Part shown: positions 19,501-26,934 of the stretch, one piece after another
How the letters are laid out: every line of letters begins with the position of its first letter
Position numbering within the stretch: the stretch's first letter is position 1
Made by a program: the position numbers and the translations under genes
Notes under the pieces: model-generated
Database searches by the model: none
What the model was told of the DNA's origin: nothing
Seen by the model: the letters and a program-made list of their open reading frames with translations, nothing else
NCBI GenBank assembly: GCA_018005585.1
Contig: JAGMZX010000009.1
Coordinates: forward strand, 6,185 to 70,184
From: Candidatus Hydrogenedentota bacterium
Lineage (GTDB): Bacteria > Hydrogenedentota > Hydrogenedentia > Hydrogenedentales > JAGMZX01
DNA: 64,000 nucleotides
Direction: 5' to 3'

Positions 19501-21580
19501 GTTCCGCGGCGGGGTCTGCTTCAAGCGCGGCGCGATTGTCCGCGTATACGAGGGCCAGCGGGTCATGGAGCGGGTGCCTCCCGTCGCAGAAGACCCGGCC
19601 CAGCAGCGCAAGTTCGTAGCGGTCAGGAATGCCATTGTCACCCCAGTCCGCGTCTTTCCATTCGATACCCTGCTGCAACGCGACGAAGAATGCCTCTGCC
19701 TCGTCATCGAACACGCTCGGATCCGGGCACGTGGGCAGGTCGTCGGGGCCGCAGCCGGCCGTGGATGCCGCGATGGCGTATTCGACGTGGGCGCACTCCT
19801 GGTCTACAACCCAGTCATATTCGAACAGGTTCGAGATTTCGTCGCCGTCCGGGTCGCCGAGGGACGCAAGCGGAAACGCCATGTCCAACTCGAAGACGCT
19901 GTATGCCGCGGTGAGAGAGAGCGCGGAAACGATGCCGTCGCGCAAGTCAGGCGATATGGCGCAGAACGCTGCAATCGCGTCCGTATAAGGTTCCAGCGCT
20001 GCAAAGCCGGGCTCCGATTCGAGTGCGGCGGCGTTGGAGGCGATAGCGGCCTGAAGCGGGTCATGTCCGGGATATGACGTGTCGCAGCACAGGCGCGCGG
20101 CGAGAGCGAGTTCGAAACGGTCCGGAATGCCGTTGCCGTCCAGGTCAGCGAAAGGCCAAGCGCCGCCGAGTTGTGCGTCATAGAGCGCGTTGCCCTGCAT
20201 TTCCAGAGCCGTAGCTTGGGCGCAGTCCAACAGGCCGCCGCCGAGCCAATAGGCTTGGACACCGCGGAAACTGCCATCGTCCAGGCGCTTCAGCGGATAC
20301 CAGACCGCGTCGTAAATCGTGTCGTCGTCCACGAGGTCGAGGGCGACCGTGCCCGCGCCCGTCATGCCGGAAACGGTGACAAAACAGGTGGCGTCCGCGC
20401 CTGACATGTCCGAAATCACGGCATCGGATACACTGGCCGAAGTGCGCACGGAGAAATCCGTGACATCGACACCGGTAACGGGCTCGGTGAACTTGACCTC
20501 AAAGATGACCTCCGGCGCGTCCGTCGGATTAGCGGCTTCCGCCAAAGGGCGAATACTGGCAACCACGGGCGGGGTGGAATCCGCGAGCCAGGCCGCGTAG
20601 CACTGGCGCACCGCGTTTTCCATGAACGTCAGGAAACCCTCCGCATTCAGGTGGAGCGGGTCCATCTCGCCGTCATCTATTTTCATGACGATACGCGGGT
20701 TGTACAGGTCTGGCCTGCCATTCGGGAAATTGGCGTAGCCGTTCTCCGGCCCGTCGGGTATGCCGGCTTCGCCCGGTTCCACCCCCTCGGCAGGCACGCC
20801 AAAAACGTGCTGGACATAGCCGAAATTGTGGATGTACGTGACGCGGCCGGGAAACTCTTGCGCGAGTTCAATCTTGCGCCGCTCCAATTCGGCCCAAATG
20901 TCGTGTACTTCCCGGACGATTTCGAGCACTTCCTGCCGGTTGGCGGGTATTGGATAGCCCCAGTAGGTGACCGCCCAGTGCGTGATGCTTTCGTAGTCCC
21001 AGACTTCGCCGAAATCGTTGATCATGAAGCCTTCGTACAAGTTGACGTAATCGTAGCCCAGCAAGGCCACGCGCACGTCCGGGCGCTGGTCGAGGCAGAA
21101 CTGCACCACGTTCCGGATGTGGCCGATGATTTCGGCCATCATCGTATCGACCTGCGCCGGGCTCATGAATTGTTTCCATGTGTGAACGATGTCGTTGCCG
21201 CCCAGGCTTACGTGGCAGATATCGAGCGTGGGCAAGGCAGCCAGCCGGTCCGCAATCTTCTGAAGCTGCTCCGGCGTGTCCCAGCCTTCCGCGAAGATAT
21301 TGGTCAAACCGATACTGCCATCTTCGCGGTACTGCCCGAGGTCGAATTCCGGGCGGGCAAGGACTTCCTCGAGCGCGGGCGGCGATTGCAGCGCGTAGGG
21401 GAAAAACACCCAACTGTCGCCAACGTCCAGGATGCGCGCGATATCCCCCCGCGCGCATACCGCGAAGCAGCATAATGACAGCACGACACCGCACGACCGC
21501 CGAAACGCATCCCGCTTGCCAACTGCGTTCCGCGCGCGCCTTGCCTTGCCGCACCACACGCTCCGCCGCTGCATTCTCAC
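16520..21580 (-). CDS. Giant secreted multidomain protein (1686 aa). Domains in order: SGNH/GDSL hydrolase domain; three ~140-aa repeats flanked by Dx[DN]xDG calcium-binding motifs; an Ig-like domain; 7 tandem DUF5011-like ~77-aa repeats; C-terminal pair of dockerin-like repeats.
   Basis: 'ILDVGDSW' (GDS) and 'HVSLGGNDI' SGNH blocks. Repeats 'DLDGNGIPDRFELA..CD..HPLHD' appear three times. Seven repeats of 'DxxxPxIxLxG...xExGxxYxDPGATAxDxxDGDLT' follow. C-terminus has 'DQNGDFRIGLAELLRVIQFYN' and 'DWRIDLSELLRVVQFYN'. Confidence 0.8.
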   Translation of the reverse strand: MRMQRRSVWCGKARRARNAVGKRDAFRRSCGVVLSLCCFAVCARGDIARILDVGDSWVFFPYALQSPPALEEVLARPEFDLGQYREDGSIGLTNIFAEGWDTPEQLQKIADRLAALPTLDICHVSLGGNDIVHTWKQFMSPAQVDTMMAEIIGHIRNVVQFCLDQRPDVRVALLGYDYVNLYEGFMINDFGEVWDYESITHWAVTYWGYPIPANRQEVLEIVREVHDIWAELERRKIELAQEFPGRVTYIHNFGYVQHVFGVPAEGVEPGEAGIPDGPENGYANFPNGRPDLYNPRIVMKIDDGEMDPLHLNAEGFLTFMENAVRQCYAAWLADSTPPVVASIRPLAEAANPTDAPEVIFEVKFTEPVTGVDVTDFSVRTSASVSDAVISDMSGADATCFVTVSGMTGAGTVALDLVDDDTIYDAVWYPLKRLDDGSFRGVQAYWLGGGLLDCAQATALEMQGNALYDAQLGGAWPFADLDGNGIPDRFELALAARLCCDTSYPGHDPLQAAIASNAAALESEPGFAALEPYTDAIAAFCAISPDLRDGIVSALSLTAAYSVFELDMAFPLASLGDPDGDEISNLFEYDWVVDQECAHVEYAIAASTAGCGPDDLPTCPDPSVFDDEAEAFFVALQQGIEWKDADWGDNGIPDRYELALLGRVFCDGRHPLHDPLALVYADNRAALEADPAAELFLPYIGYLSLFAASSQEAADSIVQDMALTAPIAGLQYESAEPFAAASDLDGDGASNDREFTWTFIRGGSPEVYADEASDPNRAPDAAIPNCDVAVTFESQGRDFYEFAFEEDVWQTADADVSMIPDRYEISVLAAILCDEHHPLHETVQQVHDANLALLRVEPGIPFLAPVFDIMAALATLDQAFADILKAGLSLEGDYAPYSNGADLPLSSLGDLDLDGALNYEEFENIGGLDATVPEYVRAVLGSYYPPAPELTVDPLITNDSRPAITGTVRYSVALGLSLDGATWRAVLVDNNEWVHNVPDPLPDGVYDVRVRAVGAYNREGHDSTTDELIIDTVAPVIALNGPGRLTAEAGEPYLDPGATAMDDREGDISERLNMTNNVNPSLIDTFSVTYDVEDTAGNFALTATRIVDVRDRTIPVITMLGDAEMTVEAAEPFNDPGATAWDSFSGDITPEIRVTGSVDVMTPGTYVLAYDVRDANRNDAVTVSRTVHVVDTQPPFVTLLGPADMSVPVGEPFAEPGVVAWDALDGDLSAAVVVIGMADTEILGAYVLTYTAQDAAGNVSIPAVRTVHVVDEVPPVLSVTGDNPLTHEAPEPYNDPGATAFDNYDGDLTAAIQTANDVNPAIPGDYTVTYSLADSSGNPAQALRAVHVVDTTAPIITVTGPSELTHEAATPYADPGATAADTVDGDLTAAIVVTDNVNVAVLGDYTVAYSVEDASGNTADAQRLVHVADTTPPVITLIGPETLLHEAGTAYADPGAIAADSRQGDLTALLQVENTVDEDTPGAYTVTYRVSDSEGNEAQPSVRHVLVADSTAPTLVLIGDAIVTLRCFDDFMDPGAMAFDLVDGDRTAFIRAESSIVEHSPGEYPVTYRVADSQGNEAEPVVRTVIILDDCGHTADQNGDFRIGLAELLRVIQFYNTKSHHCELGTEDGYAPGPGGQWCPPHDLDYAPADWRIDLSELLRVVQFYNAGGCYPCPDSGTEDGFCFAPN
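16820..18470 (-). repeat. Intragenic tandem array (about 7 units of about 230 bp) encoding the DUF5011-like repeats of the giant protein. Boundaries are approximate.
   Basis: Periodic protein motif 'DPGATA.D..DGD' and recurrent DNA strings (for example 'gcccgggtcggcatagg' at about 17221 and about 17461). Confidence 0.55.
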
Positions 21581-21840
21581 GGGTACTCGTCCACCGATTC
21601 GCCTCTTACCTAATGCGTGCGACCGTTGCTTCCCCCTCTTCCTGAGCTTCGGACGCTATTATACCCCGAAACGGTTTCACGCGTGGCGTGCGACGGGCGC
21701 CGCTGTTGGCCGGGTGTCGAAAAGCACCAGACCGTCGAATATGGCTTTGTGCCTGACAAACGGCCCGGACCGCGCGCCAAACACCGCCCGCGGCGGACGG
21801 CTGCGAACCGCCCGCCGCCATGCGTCTCCGTGACTACGGG

Positions 21841-22377
21841 TCAATAGTTCTCGGGGACAATTTCAAAATAGGACTGCGGATGCCCGCATATGGGGCATTT
21901 CATCGCGGCCTTTGCGCCCTCGTGAACAAAACCGCAGTTCCGGCAACGCCATTTGACTTTTCCGGGCTTCTGAAATACCTGGCTGTCTTCCAGATTCTTC
22001 AACAGCGCCTGATACCGTTCCTGGTGTTCCTTCTCGATCTTCCCGATGCCTTCGAGGACGCGGGCAATGTCCGCGAAGCCTTCCTCGCGTGCCTCGGCGG
22101 CCATTCGAGGATACATGTCAGTCCATTCCTCGTTCTCGCCCGACGCCGCGGCTTTCAGATTGTCGAGGGTGCCGCCGATACCGCCCAATGCCTTCAAGTG
22201 GAGCTTGGCATGCTCCTTCTCCTGTTCGGCCGTCTCCAGGAAAATCGCCGCGATTTGCTCATACCCCTCCTTCTTGGCGACGGAAGCGAAATAGGTGTAT
22301 TTGTTCCTTGCCTGCGATTCGCCGGCAAAGGCTGCCCAAAGGTTCTTCTCGGTTTTTGAGCCATTCAATTCCGCCAT
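21841..22377 (-). CDS. rbr: Rubrerythrin (ferritin-like diiron domain plus C-terminal rubredoxin-like Cys4 domain)
   Basis: 'EGESQARNKYTYFA', 'ETAEQEKEHAKL', C-terminal 'WRCRNCGFVHEG...CPICGHP'. Confidence 0.9.
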   Translation of the reverse strand: MAELNGSKTEKNLWAAFAGESQARNKYTYFASVAKKEGYEQIAAIFLETAEQEKEHAKLHLKALGGIGGTLDNLKAAASGENEEWTDMYPRMAAEAREEGFADIARVLEGIGKIEKEHQERYQALLKNLEDSQVFQKPGKVKWRCRNCGFVHEGAKAAMKCPICGHPQSYFEIVPENY

Positions 22378-22415
22378 GATACAGACTCCTTGGTTTCTTG
22401 CGGCAGGTTTGCATG

Positions 22416-22433
22416 TACATAAACATTTATGTA
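22416..22433. promoter_or_regulatory. Perfect inverted repeat TACATAAA-CA-TTTATGTA, 39-56 bp upstream of the rubrerythrin start: candidate operator for a Fur-family (PerR-like) or other redox repressor
   Basis: Palindrome read directly. It lies in an AT-rich patch within an otherwise GC-rich locus. Confidence 0.45.
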
Positions 22434-22936
22434 ACAATTGCATTCAAACCCGCGCGCATGACGACGTGCCGGAAGCGTTCAATCTAGGGCAACGCGCCAC
22501 GGCTATGCAACCTCTTGCCGGATGAGGTGTGACATCATGGAAAGACCCGCGCTGAGTCCAAATGAAAATGGCCACTCAAGGGGACGCGTGCAGAATAGGG
22601 GCAAACAAGCCGGACGCTCGTCCTCTGACAGCCCGAGAATGGGAGGGACTGTCACGTCTCCGGTCGAACGCACGGAGAGGCATGACCGGTCTAGGGAGGT
22701 TTGCCTGGACCGCGTTTGCCTTTCTGGTGTCTGGGCTTGGGTTGACTAAGAGGCGAGAACCTTATTACCATGAATTCAGGTTCAGTCTTGAATATGCGTT
22801 CAGTACCCAGGAAGGATGCGGAGTATGGCATCTGGCCAAAGAGCACGAGAACTTGTACGAACCTGCGGCTGGCCCCATCCTGGGTGCCGCCAAGTGCAGC
22901 TCTGGCAAGGAAAAGGTATCAGCACAGAAGTGTCGT

Positions 22937-22969
22937 GGCCCCGTCCCGGAGACCGGGGCCGTTTTGTTT
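22937..22969 (+). terminator. Rho-independent terminator-like hairpin on the plus strand (GGCCCCG-tcccggagac-CGGGGCC followed by GTTTTGTTT)
   Basis: 7-bp GC stem with a T-rich tail, read directly. Located in the 0.8-kb lower-GC gap between rbr and rnk. Confidence 0.5.
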
Positions 22970-23168
22970 CCTGCACGGGGATGTCATGTTGCGTATGCCG
23001 GAAGGTTGCGCGGCGCGGCGCGCCGCATGACAGACACGTGTACACACCCTTTAGGAATGCCGGCCTTTAAAGATGGGTGCGGCGATGATATTCCGCGGAG
23101 CCCGTGTCTGCATGACTCCGGCAGGGTCTGCCGGTGCTTTCTGGAAAGCTATTGGAGGAAATCCGAGC

Positions 23169-23564
23169 ATGGCTAAGCAGATTCACATCACCGCGCAGGA
23201 CAGGCAGCGGCTGCTGGAATGCCTCGCCGTGGTGCACGAGTTTCCGGACAAGCGTGACCTGCCGCATATCCGGCAGCTGGAGGAAGAGATTGCGCAGGCA
23301 CAGATAATCATCGATGCGCTCATGACTCCCGAGGATGTGGTCACGATGAATTCGCGCGTACAGCTGAGGGACGTTACCGCGGACAGAGACCTGGAATGCA
23401 CGCTGACGTATCCCGGTGAACGCGACCCGGACAACGAGAGCGTGTCGGTGCTCGCGCCACTGGGCGCGGCCATACTCGGGTATAGGGTGGGCGATACCTT
23501 TGTGGCAGACTTGCCCGAAGGACGGACGCAGTTCCGCATTGAGAGTGTCCGTCATCGGCCCTAG
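23169..23564 (+). CDS. rnk: Rnk-like regulator (GreA/GreB C-terminal domain protein; regulator of nucleoside diphosphate kinase family)
   Basis: 'MAKQIHITAQDRQRLLE...VTMNSRVQLRDV...VSVLAPLGAAILGYRVGD'. Confidence 0.8.
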   Translation: MAKQIHITAQDRQRLLECLAVVHEFPDKRDLPHIRQLEEEIAQAQIIIDALMTPEDVVTMNSRVQLRDVTADRDLECTLTYPGERDPDNESVSVLAPLGAAILGYRVGDTFVADLPEGRTQFRIESVRHRP

Positions 23565-23672
23565 GAGGCCGGAAATTGCCCGCCACGGGTTGCCCATGAC
23601 CGGCTCAACCGGTCTCAAGCCTCGCAAGGCACGATGCCTTATGCATATGCATTACTTGTGGAGACCAGCAGC

Positions 23673-24881
23673 ATGAAGTTCAAGGGTCTGGTCCTTGGGA
23701 TACCCAAGGAGATTATGCAACATGAGTACCGGGTGTCGGCGATACCTGAAACGGTGGCAAAACTGACGGATGAAGGCGCGCGTGTACTGGTGGAAAGCGG
23801 CGCGGGCGCGGCGGCGCATCACCATGATGACAGGTACCGGGAAGCGGGCGCCGGGATTGTTGCCGACAGTGACGCCGTCTTCGCGGAATCGGGCGTGATA
23901 TTGAAGGTCAAGGAGCCTCAATTCGACGCTCGGAAGAACCGACACGAGGTCACGATGATGAAGCCGGGCCAGGCGCTGGTGGCCTTTCTCCACCCGGCTT
24001 CGCCGGCCAACCACCAGATGGTGCGGGACCTCGCCGCCCAAGGGGTGACCAGTTTCACGCTGGACGGCGTGCCCCGCATATCAAACGCGCAGCCCATGGA
24101 CGCGCTGACGTCCATGAGTACGGTCGCGGGATACAAGAGTGTCGTGATGGCGGCGGACGAACTGGGCTGTTTCGTGCCCCTGACCAATACCGCGGTCGGG
24201 GTCGTGCCGGCCGCGCAGGTCTTCGTTGTGGGGGCGGGTGTCGCCGGACTTCAGGCGCTGGCTACGGCCAAGCGTCTCGGCGCCATCAACTTTGCCGCGG
24301 ACATCCGGCCCGAGGCGATGGAGCAGGCCCGGAGCATCCGCGCGCAGATTGTCGATACCGGGGTTCCGGTTGAAGCAGCGAGAGGCGCGGGCGGCTATGC
24401 CAGGGCTTTGGCGCCGGAGTGGCTCGCGCGGGAACAGGAAGCCATTAGAGAAACGGTCTGCAAGGCGGATATTCTGATACTCTCCGCGCTCGTGCCGGGT
24501 CGCATCGCGCCCGTAATCGTGACCGAAGACATGGTCAGGGGCATGAAATCCGGCTCTGTAATCGTGGATATTGCCATTGACCAAGGCGGCAACTGCGCAT
24601 TGACGGAGGCCGGCCGTACGGTTGTCAAGCATGGCGTGACCATCATGGGAGTCAAGAACATTCCCGGCTACGTTCCCGTGAGCGCTTCCTGGCTATTCGC
24701 GCACAATCTCCTTCATTTTCTCACCTACCTAGTTGAAGACGGCGCGGTGCGCGCCGACCGCCAAGACGAGATCATCGGACCGACGCTGGTAACGCTGGAT
24801 GGGCAGGTGGTGCATGCGGGGGCCCTGGAGGCCATGGCGCAGCGCGCCGGAGAGAAAGGGTCTGCCTCGTGCGATTTGTGA
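23673..24881 (+). CDS. pntAA: NAD(P) transhydrogenase subunit alpha part 1 (AlaDH/PNT domain)
   Basis: 'VFVVGAGVAGLQA' NAD-binding motif, AlaDH/PNT N- and C-domains; followed by the small membrane alpha2 and beta subunits. Confidence 0.9.
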   Translation: MKFKGLVLGIPKEIMQHEYRVSAIPETVAKLTDEGARVLVESGAGAAAHHHDDRYREAGAGIVADSDAVFAESGVILKVKEPQFDARKNRHEVTMMKPGQALVAFLHPASPANHQMVRDLAAQGVTSFTLDGVPRISNAQPMDALTSMSTVAGYKSVVMAADELGCFVPLTNTAVGVVPAAQVFVVGAGVAGLQALATAKRLGAINFAADIRPEAMEQARSIRAQIVDTGVPVEAARGAGGYARALAPEWLAREQEAIRETVCKADILILSALVPGRIAPVIVTEDMVRGMKSGSVIVDIAIDQGGNCALTEAGRTVVKHGVTIMGVKNIPGYVPVSASWLFAHNLLHFLTYLVEDGAVRADRQDEIIGPTLVTLDGQVVHAGALEAMAQRAGEKGSASCDL

Positions 24882-25147
24882 TTCTCTTGACGGTGTTCCT
24901 GGTGTCGTCGGTGGTCGGCTACCGGATTATCCGGCGGGTGCCGCCGCTTCTGCACACGCCGCTGATGTCCGGCATGAACGCTATTTCGGGCGTCACCGTA
25001 TTGGGCGCGCTGACCGCGACGGCGGCGGCGCTGGCGACGGGCAGCCGGTTCCTCGGCGCCGCCGCAATTGTACTGGCCATGACCAATGTCGTGGGCGGTT
25101 TTGTCGTGACGGACCGCATGTTACAGATGTTCCGCTCCAAGAAATAA
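24869..25147 (+). CDS. pntAB: NAD(P) transhydrogenase subunit alpha part 2 (small 3-TM membrane subunit)
   Basis: 92-aa hydrophobic protein 'ISGVTVLGAL...VVGGFVVTDRML' sitting between pntAA and pntB. Confidence 0.85.
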   Translation: MRFVILLTVFLVSSVVGYRIIRRVPPLLHTPLMSGMNAISGVTVLGALTATAAALATGSRFLGAAAIVLAMTNVVGGFVVTDRMLQMFRSKK

Positions 25148-25166
25148 CAGAAGGGCCGCTGCGCGC

Positions 25167-26606
25167 ATGCATGGTGTGGTCGAGATTGTGTTGGCCGTCG
25201 CGATTCTTTTGGGAATCCGGCTGATGGGCGCGCCGGAAACGGCGGTCCGGGGCAATCGCCTGGCCGCCTTGAGCCTCCTGACCGCAATTCTGCTCGTTCT
25301 CTGGTCTCAAGAGTTGCTGGCGCTGCCGCTCGTTCTCGTTTCGCTGTTGGCGGGAGCTGTTCTGGGTCTGGTGCTCGCGGTCCGGGTAACGATGCTGCAG
25401 ATGCCGCAGCTGGTGGCGCTGCTGAACGGGCTTGGCGGCGCGGCGTCCCTGCTGACGGCGTTCGCGGCGGCCGAAGTGTCCGCGCACGCAGGCAATCTGT
25501 ATGACCTCGTGACGGGGGGATTGGCTGTTGCCGTTGGGGGTGTTACGTTGAGCGGAAGCCTTGTCGCGGCTGCGAAGTTGCACCGCCTGCTCCCCCAGCA
25601 ACCCTTGCGCTTCCCGCTTGGGGTGCGGATTGCGGGGGCGATTCTCATTGTCCTGTTCGTTCTTCTGATTACGCTGGGAGGCGGTCTGGGCGGACCGGGT
25701 ATCATGATGGGACTCACGCTCCTGGCTGCTGGCGCTTTGGTCTTCGGGGCGCTGTTCGCCTTGCCCGTTGGCGGCGCTGACATGCCCATCACGATATCGC
25801 TGCTGAACGCGACGTCGGGAATCGCCGCAAGCATCTGCGGCTTTGTGGTGGATGACGCCTTCCTCGTGGCCGCGGGCGCGGTCGTCGGCGCGGCGGGGCT
25901 GATTCTGACGCGCGTGATGTGCGCGGCCATAAACCGCTCGCTTCTTCAGGTGCTGACGGGCGCCACGATGGCGGGGGCGAACGCGCCCGCAGCCGATGCT
26001 GTCGCCGCGTCCGAACCCGCTGCGGGCGGAGCGCCGCTTGATTCGGCCGGTGGCCCCGCTCCGGCCGCCTTTGACCCCGTCGAGGCTCTTCTTGAGGCGA
26101 ACAGAATCATCATCATTCCTGGCTACGGCATGGCGCTCGGCGAAGCGGAGGGTCCGGTACGGGACCTCTATGAACTGCTTGACCACCTGGGCAAAGACGT
26201 TCGGTTTGCCATCCATCCCGTGGCGGGCCGCATGCCGGGCCACATGACGGTGCTGCTTGCCGACGTTGATATTCCGTATGACAAGATGGTGCAACTCCAA
26301 GAAGTCAACTCCGAGTTTGCCCAGACCGACGTGGCGCTTGTCGTTGGCGCGTGTGACGTGGTGAACCCCGCGGCTATCACCGCAAGAGGCACGCCCATCT
26401 ATGGCATGCCCATCCTGCATGCGCATGACGCCAGAAACGTGATCGTCTGTAATGCGGACACGAAACCAGGATACTCCGGCATCGAGAATCCCTTGTACGG
26501 CCGCGAGAATGTCGTGCTCCTTCTTGGTAATGCCGCGACAACGCTGGAGACGCTCCTGCATGACCTGGAATCGCGCATCGCTTCCCGGCAACAGACGGGG
26601 CCATGA
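25167..26606 (+). CDS. pntB: NAD(P) transhydrogenase subunit beta
   Basis: N-terminal multi-TM region and C-terminal NADP(H)-binding domain 'IIIIPGYGMALGEAE...GHMTVLLADVDIPYD...ALVVGACDVVNPAA'. Confidence 0.9.
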   Translation: MHGVVEIVLAVAILLGIRLMGAPETAVRGNRLAALSLLTAILLVLWSQELLALPLVLVSLLAGAVLGLVLAVRVTMLQMPQLVALLNGLGGAASLLTAFAAAEVSAHAGNLYDLVTGGLAVAVGGVTLSGSLVAAAKLHRLLPQQPLRFPLGVRIAGAILIVLFVLLITLGGGLGGPGIMMGLTLLAAGALVFGALFALPVGGADMPITISLLNATSGIAASICGFVVDDAFLVAAGAVVGAAGLILTRVMCAAINRSLLQVLTGATMAGANAPAADAVAASEPAAGGAPLDSAGGPAPAAFDPVEALLEANRIIIIPGYGMALGEAEGPVRDLYELLDHLGKDVRFAIHPVAGRMPGHMTVLLADVDIPYDKMVQLQEVNSEFAQTDVALVVGACDVVNPAAITARGTPIYGMPILHAHDARNVIVCNADTKPGYSGIENPLYGRENVVLLLGNAATTLETLLHDLESRIASRQQTGP

Positions 26607-26761
26607 GAGGGATGCGGCGGCCGGCCGGAACGCGGCGCGCAGCGGCCTTGAACAGGCGACTGGACCGGAGCGGCGAGGCGTGCTCGAGCCATGTGCCGGA
26701 AGCCGGACGGCGGCTTCCTGTGACGCAGAGGTTTGCCCTGTCTTGGCGCATCCTGTCAGTG

Positions 26762-26767
26762 TATAAT
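26762..26767 (+). promoter_or_regulatory. Consensus -10 hexamer TATAAT (with upstream GTG) about 165 bp upstream of the RR-PP2C gene; possible promoter
   Basis: Read directly; no good -35 identified. Confidence 0.3.
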
Positions 26768-26934
26768 CCACTTGCGCGGCTTGTGGCGGACTGGAAAGCG
26801 TCGGATTGTCGTGACTACAGGGCAACGATTGGGGCGTCGAACTGAGGACAAGAGACAGGAGCGGATGGTCAGGAGCCAGATGTCTATAGCCAGTTAGACC
26901 TTCCAGGAACCTTTTTCGCAGGGAATCGCGCCTT

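Noticed and set aside
17723-20077. 784-aa plus-strand ORF (and several 60-170-aa ORFs) inside the giant minus-strand gene
   Set aside because: The translations are Arg/Gly/His-rich with no motifs. The minus-strand frame gives recognisable SGNH, DUF5011 and dockerin-like domains across the whole span.
22444-22970. Possibility that the low-GC gap encodes RNase P RNA, tmRNA or SRP RNA
   Set aside because: None of the near-universal signatures was found (RNase P GGAAAGUCCGG / GUAAGAGCGCACC; tmRNA GGGG 5' end, tag ORF and tRNA-Ala-like CCACCA 3' end; SRP domain IV).
22562-23176. 204-aa plus-strand ORF spanning the rbr-rnk gap
   Set aside because: It runs through a strong terminator hairpin (22937-22969) and overlaps the well-supported rnk start at 23169. 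No motif is recognisable. Shorter products or an RNA are more plausible.
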